From Eledone cirrhosa (lineage: Eukaryota), in contig OZ024745.1 in the NCBI GenBank assembly GCA_964016885.1, positions 45,632,001 to 45,696,000 of the forward strand: DNA of 64,000 bases. The letters run 5' to 3'. Both the position numbers and the translations under genes were made by a program. Under the pieces are notes generated by a model, which ran no database searches, was not told the origin of the DNA, and saw only the letters and a list, made by a program, of their open reading frames with translations. Within the stretch, counting starts at the first letter, position 1; every line of letters starts with the position of its first letter. Shown here piece after piece: positions 1 through 11,458 of the stretch.

Positions 1-613
1 TTTAATAAATGAAATACCGAAACGAAAATACAAAACTGATTCGATACTACAAAAACGGAAATCCAGCCATCGAAATAGAAACAAATCTTATTTAAAATTT
101 TTCACAAAATCAGATGACCGTATCAATTAAATTATAGCAAAAAATGTGAAATTCCACTGTATTAATTTACAACATTTTGGAAAATTTAAGAAGCTTGCAG
201 ATGTTTCATATTTTGGATCGGAATCGTAAATAGCTTTTCTGTCAAATATGCTCTATAGAATATATGACTGTTTGAGTTAAATGTACTTTATTTATACTTT
301 TTTTATTTTTTTTTTTATTAATGATAGTCATAGATTACATAGTCGAAAAAAATTTATATTTTTGCCTCTTTCAAATTCCAGCATTGAGCTGGGGAGCACT
401 ATTATGATGAGGGTCAGAGCCAGAAATGCAATGGCAGTTGACCCCGCTACTTCTGCTGGAATCCGCTACACGGCGCTAGCCGTCAGCTTTTCAATGTTCA
501 TATCTAGTAGGCTTTACACATGTTTATTCGTATAACATGAGATATACAAAATTCACACTCACACAGCCACACACACGGATACACACACACACACATACCC
601 ACACACACACACA

Positions 614-738
<125 letters not shown>

Positions 739-787
739 GATTCCTGATGATTTCTAAAGAATGAAACAGTTCTAGTCCTGTAGAATC
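739..787 (+). ncRNA. Type I hammerhead ribozyme
   Basis: GATTC-CTGATGA-(TTTCTAAAGAAT)-GAAA-CAG/CTG-TA-GAATC; stems I-III pair; GUA cleavage site. Confidence 0.85.
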
Positions 788-790
788 TCA

Positions 791-874
<84 letters not shown>

Positions 875-885
875 TATATATATAA

Positions 886-1171
886 TAGGTGTGGGATGCT
901 TAAAGCGTCCGTAAGCGGTAGGCCGTTTGAGCACTCGATGCTCTTATAGAGCAGAGTATAATATCACATAATAAACGGAGAATCAGTGGTGCGACGAATT
1001 AAAATTTATTAGACAAAGTACAATCGTTTCTCTGGCGACCAGAGGATCTTGCGATTTCAGAGTGAGGTTCGATCATTGCATCGATCGTGCTTCGAGCTGG
1101 TCGCCAGAGAAACGATTGTAATTTGTCTAATAAATTTTAATTCGGCCCACCACTGGTTCTCCGTTTCTTAT

Positions 1172-1177
<6 letters not shown>
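886..1177. mobile_element. Palindromic PLE-type terminal insert (inverted pLTR pair with tail)
   Basis: Arms ~962-1042 / ~1097-1177 are reverse complements; each has the HHR 3' half GAAACGATTGTA; TA-flanked. Confidence 0.6.
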
Positions 1178-1219
<42 letters not shown>

Positions 1220-1329
1220 ATAAGAAACGGAGAATCAGGGACCACTTCCTGTTGCGCGCGCACCCCACATCTCTCCTCTTCCGACCACCGCTTCATGGAT
1301 TACCCACACGCAGAAATTGACTTACAACC

Positions 1330-2081
1330 AATCCACTAAACATCCGTGGAACTTACCAACTTTTCAACCATCCTCTTACGTAATCACCTATATAATTCAC
1401 CCACACACACCCCCAAAAAATTGTTTTTCTCCACACGCCACCCACACCCACAACACGCTTAAACCCCACACACACGTGCTTCCCACCACATATTTAAACC
1501 CTCAGCCTCCTGATTCCTATCCCCCCACCCCCACCCCCCTATCCACACACGCACAGACACTCCGACCCACAAAAACACCCCCCACACACACCTCTTCCTG
1601 AACATGCAACCCCGTTCTTCCCCCAACCCTTACTTTCACATACACACACACACACACACACCTACACACACACACCACCTTCAGCTCTCCCCGCTCGGAC
1701 ACCCGTCTCCCTCTCCCGACTCCACCGGCCACCACCCTTACTCACCCCACACCCTTCCACCACCTGTTTACCCCCCTTTTAATTTCGGTTTATTTTGATC
1801 ATGCCTTTATTTTTAAATTTTCTCATTCCTTGTATTTTGATCATGCTTTATTTTTATTTTTTATCTTTATTTGTTATTTTTTCATTCGCACCGTTTCCTT
1901 TCGCTATATGTCTCTCCACCACTCCCCTACACACCTTTTGAACTCTGTTCCCACACACTTCTCACCTGAGGAAGGGCTTATGCCCGAAACGTCGTCCCCC
2001 ACCTACCCCCAATCGCCTGAGCGTGAAATTAATAAACATTTATTGTACTGCCTCTCTGTTTTGTCCCTGTTCAAATGTTTC

Positions 2082-2088
<7 letters not shown>
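1330..2088 (+). mobile_element. PLE 3' UTR/pLTR fragment (CA/C-rich) with minimal HHR; copy 1
   Basis: Reverse complement of 56173-56930; contains CTGAGGA-GGGC/GCCC-GAAACGTC at ~1968-1993; ends in (TA)n. Confidence 0.7.
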
Positions 2089-2148
<60 letters not shown>

Positions 2149-2154
<6 letters not shown>

Positions 2155-2460
2155 CGATAAGAATTGCAGCTTTTTGTAAAATTCATTACATATTACAGCT
2201 TGTTTCCATATCGATCAGCTTGGGTTTGATCCCGTGATCAAACCTCAGGTGATCGATATAGAAACAAATTGTAATATGTGATAAAGTTTACAAAAAGCTG
2301 CAATTCTTATCGTCACTTTATATACACTCTGCAAAGTACAGCCGCCTTAAACCTGGAGCACAATCTAACGAGAGACGGACACAGTAACAGCATCGAGTGC
2401 TTCGACCAGAGTCACTGCTTCTAACTACAAGTTACCCACCTAATAACAAGTCACCCATAT
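2149..2460. mobile_element. Palindromic PLE-type terminal insert with tail
   Basis: Arms 2150-2231 / 2236-2317 inverted; HHR 3' half GAAAC-N5-GTA; tail to (TA)n. Confidence 0.6.
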
Positions 2461-2512
2461 AATATATATATATTTTTTTTTTATCAATTAGTTGTATTAA
2501 TTTTATTAATAA

Positions 2513-2695
2513 CGGTGGATTGGCAGTATCGGTAGAGGGTCGGACGCCATGCTTTCCAGCATAGTTACGTCCCTTTACGATCTGAGTTCAAATCCCGCCG
2601 AGGTTGACTTTGCCTTTCATCCTTACGGGGTCGATAAAATAAAGTACCAGTAATGCACTGGGTAATTGCTGGCCTTGTGCCTAAAGTAGAAACAA
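2513..2695 (+). mobile_element. tRNA-derived SINE (octopus OK/Nin-domain type)
   Basis: A box tggcagtatcgg, B box gagttcaaatcc, core ctttgcctttcatcc..ggggtcgataaaataaagtaccag. Confidence 0.8.
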
Positions 2696-2869
2696 TTAAT
2701 TTTATTAATAACCCTAATTAATTTGTTCGATTGTTATATGAATATACTTTGATTCTGGAATACATTTCAGTTGTCTTTGTGTAAGATAGAGTGTGGCATG
2801 GCATTACAGTGCCTTAGGTACACAAATTCGTAGTATCTTGTAGTAGTGAGATTTCGTATATCTATTAGT

Positions 2870-3245
2870 ATATACATATACTGGAAGAGTACGGCAAAAA
2901 TAGAGAGACGGCTGAACGCTTTCCACCAGCGGTGCCTGAGAAAGATCCTTCGTGTGCCTGAGAAAGATCCTTCGCGACCGAGTGCGAAACGAGGAGATCC
3001 GAGTCGCGGAGAGCCGAGTCGTGGACGCTACAGAGAGTGATCACGGAGCATCGGTGCCGCCTGACTGGCCATATTCTGCGTCTGCCAAATGAACGGCACT
3101 CTAAAACAGCGATGAACTGGACTCCGCCTGGCGGTAAACGGGGGCGGGGTTGCCCAAGGATCACCTGGCGACGGACGTTCGGGAAGGACCTGATGGCAGC
3201 CAACATCACCTGGCTGGCGAGTACTTACTGCTTGATGCGCCAGAC
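2870..3245 (+). mobile_element. RTE-clade LINE 3' fragment
   Basis: RRLNAFHQRCLRKILRV and GHILRLPNERHSKTAMNWTPPGGKRGRGCPRITW, typical RTE C-terminus. Confidence 0.85.
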
Positions 3246-3266
3246 TAAGACATATATATATATATA

Positions 3267-3451
3267 ACGAAGGAAATGTTGTAAGGAACCAGGTGGACCA
3301 TAACGCACCAAAGTACTCAATACTTAGGGTGGTAGAGTGGGTAATAGGAACAAGTAAGACCCCGACGGCTGAGCTCAAGCCGTTTCGACGGCTAATTCAG
3401 AATTAGCCGTCGAAACGGCTTGAGCTCAGCCGTCGGGGTCTTACTTGTTCC

Positions 3452-3453
<2 letters not shown>
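3267..3453. mobile_element. Palindromic PLE-type insert, family copy 1 (others at 44653-44855, 45038-45210, 61857-62037)
   Basis: Perfect hairpin ~3345-3453 centred on aattcagaatt; HHR 3' half GAAACGGCTTGAGCTCAGCCGTC; TA-flanked. Confidence 0.7.
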
Positions 3454-3534
<81 letters not shown>

Positions 3535-3535
3535 A

Positions 3536-4070
3536 TAAGGTATTAAATTAACAATAAAAATAAAAACAACAAAGTCAAGTTATTTTACCTATTCATATCA
3601 TTGTTTTACGATCGTTTTGGAGGGTTGATCATATTGACATATTGTCTGATCTATAGCAGTTATATAACTGTATCCTATCAGACCTCATATATAGACCTCA
3701 TATATAGGTTCCATCAGATCGTCTTCGTAATCATCGGAACCAATCATCAGAAGACAGTCTTATCGAACCTATATATGCGGTCTGATAGGATACAGTTATA
3801 TAACTGCTATAGATCAGACAATATGTCAATATGATCAACCCTCCGAAACGATCGTAAAACAATGATATGAATAGGTAAAATAACTTGACTTTGTTGCTTT
3901 TATTTCCATTATTAATATTTAATACCTAAAATCTGACTCTGTATCTAAGGAATTAACTCAGCGGAACACGGAACTTTTCTATGGATTTCACTGGATTAAT
4001 CACCAACAGATTACATTGAGTTCTATCTACGGTACGGACCCTACCACAAAGGGTAGACTACACTGAAGTA
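3536..4070. mobile_element. Long palindromic PLE-type insert (~150-170-bp arms) with tail
   Basis: 3538-3694 pairs with ~3769-3927; right arm has GAAACGATCGTA. Confidence 0.6.
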
Positions 4071-4120
4071 TGTATATACATATATATATATATATATGCG
4101 CACACTTCATATAATATATT

Positions 4121-4305
4121 TGTTTCTACTTTTGGCACAAGGCCAGCAATTATCGCAGTGTATGACTGGTACTTTATTTTATCGAGCCCGTAAGGACGAA
4201 AAGCAAAGTTAACTTTGGCGGGATTTGAACTCAGACCATAAAGGGCCGTAACTCTGTGCTGCAAAGCATGGCGTCCGACCCTCTACCGATACTGCCAATC
4301 CCCCG
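4121..4305 (-). mobile_element. OK/Nin-type SINE
   Basis: Reverse complement of 2513-2695. Confidence 0.8.
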
Positions 4306-4718
4306 CACACTTCATATAATATAATAGGAAGCAGTTCTCATCGTTAATGTGCACAAGTGAAAGCATGAGGATATAACAGAAGAGCAGCAACTAGCAAGAC
4401 ACAAAGTTCTGAAAAACAATATGTAATATGTACACGAAAGTTAGAAAATATAAAGCAGATGACATCAGATTAATAACTGGGAATTCAAATTAGTGGTATA
4501 TACTGAAGAATAAACAAGGCGTATATTTCATCACGCGACCATTAAACAAAGCTTAAACTTATAGTTAATATTAATTATGAAAATTGCGTTAATCATTGAT
4601 AACTAACTCGATTTCCACCTACTCAAGTAGATATTTTCGGACACACACCAACACGTACGCATAAAGGCATACATACATATATAAACATATATATATATAT
4701 AAACACACACACACATAT

Positions 4719-5300
<582 letters not shown>

Positions 5301-6638
5301 ATATCAATTAGATCCCTAGGGATTTTTGTACAAGCTGCAAAAATGTTGGCTGCATATGTATAAATCTATATATGCACATGTACTTGCACACATATACGTG
5401 CAGTCCCATATATATATATATACATATATATTACTTCAAAATATTAATACATTTAGACATTCATGTGATCAAATATATTTTATTATACATATTTCAGAGG
5501 TACTGAGCTATTTCAACAGTACGTCCTCATCAGATAAATTAAGTTGATGCCTGACATACCTTGACTATGTTGATGGTTATAATTTAGTGATTGCAGTGAT
5601 TAGTTATGACAAAACTCGATATTTATATACCTTAAGTTGAAACATGAAATATTACATATAATACAGAGGGTGCGTATGAGAATGTGTATAAAGATATATA
5701 AATAACTAATAATATATAATACATAAACTTATATAACTGTTAAAAATTTAAATAATAATAATATATTCATACCTCATTATTGTAGATAGTGGAAGTGAGA
5801 GATCGAGATAGCAAATTATGAGGAAAGAGAGAAAAAGAAGGAGATTTGATCGTAGGAACAAGAGAAGAGAGAAATGATCAAATTATAGAGAGAGGAAAAT
5901 AAGTTAAATCGTATAAACAAAGGGAGGAAGATATGCATTGTAACATATAAATAGCGTATAATTAGATGGGGGGGGGGGGGAGAATATCTAGGCATATGAT
6001 GCGTGACCGTTTATTTTCAAATCTTAAGTTAATTAGAAATAGTCAATTAATCAAATGACATAAGATTTTAGACTATAAAATTTAAAGGATTTATATTATT
6101 GTATTATATCAGAGTTCAAGCTAATGTAACGTCGAAGAGATAAATTTATGTTTATCATAACTCCAAAGGTAATCACAAGTATATTTAAAAGTATTTGAAA
6201 ATTAAGAATATAATCAATATATTAGTCAAAAACATTAAAATTGAGATGTTATTAATAAGTCATAAAGCATTATAAATGTATTTAATAAGATATTATTAAA
6301 CCAGATTTATCTAGATTTATCTACATTTGTATAATTTATATATAGACTATAAATTTTAAGGTTTAAGATTATATTAGTCACCTATATATAGTATAATTAC
6401 TGTTAAGAGTGTTATAAATTTGATTCAACTAGATTTTACTGTATTTAAAATTTTACATCAATTTAAGTACAAAAAAAACCTCACTGTAGAGTGCTTCTAA
6501 TCTATTGTGAAACTTTATTCATTGATGAATTCATTGAACCTTGTTAAACTTTTAATTATATATATATATATATATATTTGGTTTTATATATATATATATA
6601 TTTGTTTATTTATACATTTAAATATATATATATATTTG

Positions 6639-6679
<41 letters not shown>

Positions 6680-6744
6680 ATAATAATAAATTTGAAGACT
6701 AAAATCCAAAGAGGGCTCGATAAGGATAACTATATATCGAATAC

Positions 6745-6798
<54 letters not shown>

Positions 6799-6919
6799 TA
6801 TATATATATAGTAATAATAATAAAATTGAAGACTAAAATCCAAAGAGGGCTCGATAAGGAAAATATAAATCAAATATATAAGAACCGTAGAGCAAATATT
6901 TATTAAAATGACAGATTAA

Positions 6920-6970
6920 AGTTTAAGCAAAGAATCGCTGCTTTCACCCTTAACGGGATCTTCTGAAACT
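6920..6970 (-). ncRNA. Hammerhead-like ribozyme with variant CAGAAGA core (3' pLTR of the intact PLE)
   Basis: AGTTT-CAGAAGA-TCCCGTTAAGGGT-GAAA-GCA...TGC-TT-AAACT; stems I, II and III all pair. Confidence 0.6.
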
Positions 6971-7899
6971 AACAAAGTCAATCTGTAAACGCAGAACTGG
7001 ATATTTCAAAAAACGTTGCAACCGGAGGAAGACAGGAAGACGATACTTTGGTTCGTGGTAACGTTCGCTGGCAAAGAACAGGAAAAAACGAATAATACGT
7101 CAATAATAGGAGCGGTGAAAAACAATTACGCGCAAAGACAGAACCACGTTTATGGTATAAAAGAGGTCGTAGACTAATGTTCTCTTAGGTGGTGCATAGA
7201 GACGTTCTCTGGCAATGAACGAAAAAACGAAGATAATAAGTCATATGTGGAGCGTGGAGAATAATAGCACGCAAAGACAAAACCACGTAAATGGTATAGC
7301 AGAAATTGTAGACTAAAATTCTAACTAGGAGACCAAATGAATCTCCGCTACAGAGTTAAGGACAAAGTAAATAAATACAATACAGAAGTAATAGAAACAA
7401 ATAAATACATACACGCAAACAGATACGTACATACACAAGCATACGCAAAACCTTACCATGGGTATACAAAACCACGCACATATAAATATGTGTGTGTGTG
7501 TATGCTTGTGTACAAATAAATAAATAATTATATAAACGTATATAAGTAAATAAATACGTATATAACAAGTGCACACGCATACCTACATATAAATACACGA
7601 ATGTTCGGAGACGTAAGTCAACTAAAACAAGAAGTACACATATACACACACCCACCATACGTACGAACCTGCACACTCACGCGGACGCAAAACTCCCGTA
7701 TACACATAGCCAAACCCTAAATACCAAAATATGTAAAAAATTATACGCTATAACAGTCAAATATACGTACGAGAAGGTATACATACCTTCACAAAACATA
7801 CGGGTAATATATACTTACCTATGCAAATAAGTAAAGGAATAAACAAAACATATACTTAGCTCCCACATCAAGACGTAAAATATCCACGTATAGATCGTA

Positions 7900-10029
7900 C
7901 TATCCATTAGGGTATAACGTGGGGCTGTAATACAGGAAAGTTTTGTGCAATTTATGTTTACAAGCCGAAATTGCCTCAGATTTTTTGTTTAAGATGTGGT
8001 CTGTAGCATAGAGTATTTCCAGGGCCTCAGCGGCGCAGAGGTCACATGGTCTTTTATTTCCGTTATACGATCTAGCCCTAGCTAGGATCTCCCAGTGTAA
8101 CTTATATTGGGTGTGGTTGTCTTTTAGACTCCAGATATAAGCTGAAAGTGACGTCATATTCCTTCTTAGAGGGTAACGAAAAGAATGGGTATGCATGTAA
8201 AGACGCTGCTTGAAACTATTGGCGGTTAACCCTATGTAGGCCCTACGGGACGTGGGTGTTACAACCTTACATTTGTAGACAATGTTACTAGAGAGGCATT
8301 TCCCGGAAAGGGGGCAATCAGCCCGATTCCTACAATTACAGTTAGTACTAACTACAGGGTTGCACGTGTTCCTACGGCTAGGTAGTTTAGCTAAATTTGA
8401 AGCTGTGATGTTATGTGCAAGGTTAGGAGTCATAGAGTAAGAAATTTTAATAGTATTTCTATTAAAAATTTTACTATATTTATGTGTAGGGGGAAAATGC
8501 TTCGTAATAAGGGAAAGAAAGATCTTAGCTAATGGTGTGGCCACCTCCATATTATATGGTGGGTTAAACCAACAAATGCGACGGGATCTATTTCTTCTAG
8601 GTCTATTTTCGTACTCTGTATATGCTACCTTATCGACAAATCCACTTCGAGCAAGAGCTTCATTGTAATAAGTGGAATGGTCGTTGAAAATGCCCTCGTT
8701 GGTGGAAAGACGGGAAAGCCTCAACGAAACGTTTCTTACCAGGTTCTTGGTTATGCTGGCAGGATGGTTGGAATGCTTACTTATGTAATTAAGCGTATCA
8801 TTCGGCTTTCTATACGGGTAATACAACCCATTGAATAAATTGAGGGTAACGTCGAGGTAATTAACGACCGAGAGATTGGCCTCAACCTGTATAGAGAGGT
8901 TGAAGCCTTTAAAGAAGGCTGTGAGTTCTTTTCTGAACCTGTCGCAAGCACGAGGTCCGCACTTAGTCATGGTCAAAAGACCATCGTCACGGTACAAACC
9001 ACCGCCCGCGTTGGGGAATTCGTCCTTTATAGAGAAAAGAAAGAAAAGGCCAATAAGATCAGTAACCTCCGCAGAGTCACTGGCGCCCATACTCACGTCG
9101 AATGGGGTACCATTGGATTTTTTAATCCAAATAGAGTCGTCGAAATTAATCACCGACTTTCGGGCATTAAGGATGACATCAACTTCAAAATCCTTAACCA
9201 CTGTGAGTGTTTTAGCGAAATTGATAGCTCTAAGGAGAAGTGGTAAAGTGATGGAGGAGTAGTAATTGTTGATGTCTAATTGGCTAAAACGGCAATGTTC
9301 CTTGTTACATATGCCGTTGAACCAATCAATCACCGCGAAAGAATTGTTCCACAGTGCGAGAGGGGCCAAACTTCTAATTTCAGGTATAATTCTATCAAGA
9401 ATCGTTTTACTAAGTCTACCTAAATTGGACTTCGTAGGGTTAATAAGCCGAATAGAGGGGTTGTTCGGAAAATTGGATTTGTGATCCTTCAGGGTAAAGT
9501 GGGGAGAGATAGGGTCCAGAGGTTCGGTCCGGTCCAGGATGTTGAGATCAGATGTGATTTTAAACCCAGCATCGTTGATTTCATTGATGACGCACCGATT
9601 AGTTTTACGGTAATCCTTAGTTACAGCATTATGTAGTAGTTGATGGTAACTACTGCGCTCCACTTGATATAAGTTGCCAGTTTTGTCGGAATGGACGTGC
9701 ACGGCATTAGAATCCTTAATAGAACGAATTCTATTCTTCAGGTCTTGCTGGAAGGAATTGCTCCTATTCCTAAATTTGATATTCCGAATGAGTTCCAAGA
9801 CATCATTTTCGAAGGGTAGCAATGCTGGGTTCCACGGAGGGTTATTATAAGTTTTAAATCCAAATTTATCCTGTTTGTTGTCTGCTTTTCGCGGATTATC
9901 GAAATACAAGGCACGCCAACGCAACCTTTTAATGAACGCGTCTGTTTTCTGTATCAGGAGTTTTAGGTATCTTTTCCTGCTTGGTACGGGTATGTTCTTT
10001 GTAGAAATATTCAGATGTTGTTTCTGCAT
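7900..10029 (-). CDS. PLE polyprotein: reverse transcriptase + C-terminal GIY-YIG endonuclease
   Basis: RT motifs DINNYY, VSMGA, YRDDGL, NYLDVT, YRKP, SNHP; linker CNCRNRADC (CxCx5C); IVY...YIG nuclease with C-terminal CDLC; no stops over 709 aa. Confidence 0.95.
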   Translation of the reverse strand: MQKQHLNISTKNIPVPSRKRYLKLLIQKTDAFIKRLRWRALYFDNPRKADNKQDKFGFKTYNNPPWNPALLPFENDVLELIRNIKFRNRSNSFQQDLKNRIRSIKDSNAVHVHSDKTGNLYQVERSSYHQLLHNAVTKDYRKTNRCVINEINDAGFKITSDLNILDRTEPLDPISPHFTLKDHKSNFPNNPSIRLINPTKSNLGRLSKTILDRIIPEIRSLAPLALWNNSFAVIDWFNGICNKEHCRFSQLDINNYYSSITLPLLLRAINFAKTLTVVKDFEVDVILNARKSVINFDDSIWIKKSNGTPFDVSMGASDSAEVTDLIGLFFLFSIKDEFPNAGGGLYRDDGLLTMTKCGPRACDRFRKELTAFFKGFNLSIQVEANLSVVNYLDVTLNLFNGLYYPYRKPNDTLNYISKHSNHPASITKNLVRNVSLRLSRLSTNEGIFNDHSTYYNEALARSGFVDKVAYTEYENRPRRNRSRRICWFNPPYNMEVATPLAKIFLSLITKHFPPTHKYSKIFNRNTIKISYSMTPNLAHNITASNLAKLPSRRNTCNPVVSTNCNCRNRADCPLSGKCLSSNIVYKCKVVTPTSRRAYIGLTANSFKQRLYMHTHSFRYPLRRNMTSLSAYIWSLKDNHTQYKLHWEILARARSYNGNKRPCDLCAAEALEILYATDHILNKKSEAISACKHKLHKTFLYYSPTLYPNG

Positions 10030-10097
10030 GATGAATATAAGTCAGTAGAGTGCTTTGTTAGTTTCAGAAGATCCCGTTAGTTTCAGAAGATCCCGTT

Positions 10098-10148
10098 AGT
10101 TTCAGAAGATCCCGTTAAGGGTGAAAGCAGCGATTCTTTGCTTAAACT
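10098..10148 (+). ncRNA. Hammerhead-like ribozyme with variant CAGAAGA core (inverted 5' pLTR)
   Basis: Identical to the reverse complement of 6920-6970. Confidence 0.6.
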
Positions 10149-10214
10149 TTAATCTGTTATTTTAATAAATATATATATATATATATATATATTTATTTTG
10201 CAAGGCTTTTGATA

Positions 10215-10365
10215 TGAGATCGTGTGTTGAAACAAATATTTTCTATATTTGGGGAGGGTCATATTGTTATGATATTGCCAGAAATAAGGATAGAACACAC
10301 TCACAGTCAGTGTGTTTTATTATGATTTCTGACAATATCATAACAATATAACCCTCCCCTAATAT

Positions 10366-10372
<7 letters not shown>
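10215..10372. mobile_element. Small palindromic pLTR-end insert related to the 40289 PLE terminus
   Basis: ggggagggtcatattgttatgatattg pairs with caatatcataacaatataaccctcccc; shares gtgttgaaac...gggagggtcat with 40330-40370. Confidence 0.55.
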
Positions 10373-10419
<47 letters not shown>

Positions 10420-10657
10420 AGTGAGCGTAGGGTCGACCTCTGGTCATTATTGAAAGTCTCTGGATTTCGCAAAATACGTAATATGTTTTCTGGGAGACGG
10501 TAAGATATTTTTCCGCAATAATTTGATTGCACTGTTTCCACTTATGTATTTTTTGAAAATGTTATTTATTCATTATAAAAATTAAATGATAGCAATCTAT
10601 ATGTAGATGGGCCCGCTTCATCTCCTGACAACCAATATTTTTAGTCGCAGTCCGCCA

Positions 10658-10695
<38 letters not shown>

Positions 10696-10699
<4 letters not shown>

Positions 10700-11335
10700 T
10701 ATGTATACGTACATACATATATGTGTACAGACGCACAGTAGTATGTATATATATATATACATACATGCACAGATATATATATATATGTACGTATGGGTTT
10801 ACAGAACATTTATTATAATGTTCGGGTTGTTTGTAAACAAACAGCCCGAATTACGCCGTACAGTGCTCGGCAACCATCGTCGCCCTTTTGTTAAACACTG
10901 ACACAGGAACGCTGTACTAGTTTCAAGTTTATTAGCTATCGTCAGCATCGTATACCTTTCTGTCAGATGATTGAACGCCTGAAAGTATATACTTTCCTTA
11001 TGCATATTAACGGCTGAGCAACCTAATTTGCATATCGAGTCAGTTAGTCGGCCGGGCATACCGAAAACGATAAATGGAAAAGAATGAAACGAAATTTCAT
11101 TTCTCACTCTTAGTACGGCTGATACCTAAATATAAGTATGTATACGTACATACATATATGTTTACAGACACACAGTAGTATGTATATATATATATATACA
11201 TTCATGCACACATATATATATATGTACGTATGGATTTACCGAACATTTATTATAATGTTCGGTTTGTTTGTAAACAAACAGCCCAAATTACGCCGTACAG
11301 TGCTCGGCAAACGATAAATGGAAAAGAATGAAATT
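10696..11335 (-). mobile_element. Tandem ~437-bp HHR-containing repeat (about 1.4 units)
   Basis: Segment starting at 10696 recurs at 11133; HHR at 10909-10951. Confidence 0.7.
10909..10951 (-). ncRNA. Minimal type I hammerhead ribozyme
   Basis: ACGATG-CTGACGA-TAGCTAATAAACTT-GAAA-CTAG-TA-CAGCGT; GUA site, one stem I mismatch. Confidence 0.75.
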
Positions 11336-11400
11336 TAGCATTCTATATGTTGGTTGGCCCCTTCATCTCCTGGCAACCAATACTTTTAGACCCAGTCCGC

Positions 11401-11458
<58 letters not shown>

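Larger units (their letters stand above)
6811..10170 (-). mobile_element. Apparently complete EN+ Penelope-like retroelement (probably Hydra clade) with 3' pLTR and inverted 5' partial pLTR, inserted in (TA)n
   Basis: Contains the 709-aa ORF; 6897-6976 is the inverted repeat of ~10054-10170; both ends abut (TA)n; ~120-bp internal duplication in the 3' UTR (7061-7182 / 7203-7322). Confidence 0.9.

Noticed and set aside
2513-2695. tRNA gene (A and B boxes)
   Set aside because: No cloverleaf, and multi-copy with a shared core and tail: a SINE.
8876-9484. Plus-strand ORFs of 128 and 72 aa
   Set aside because: Antisense shadows of the PLE ORF.
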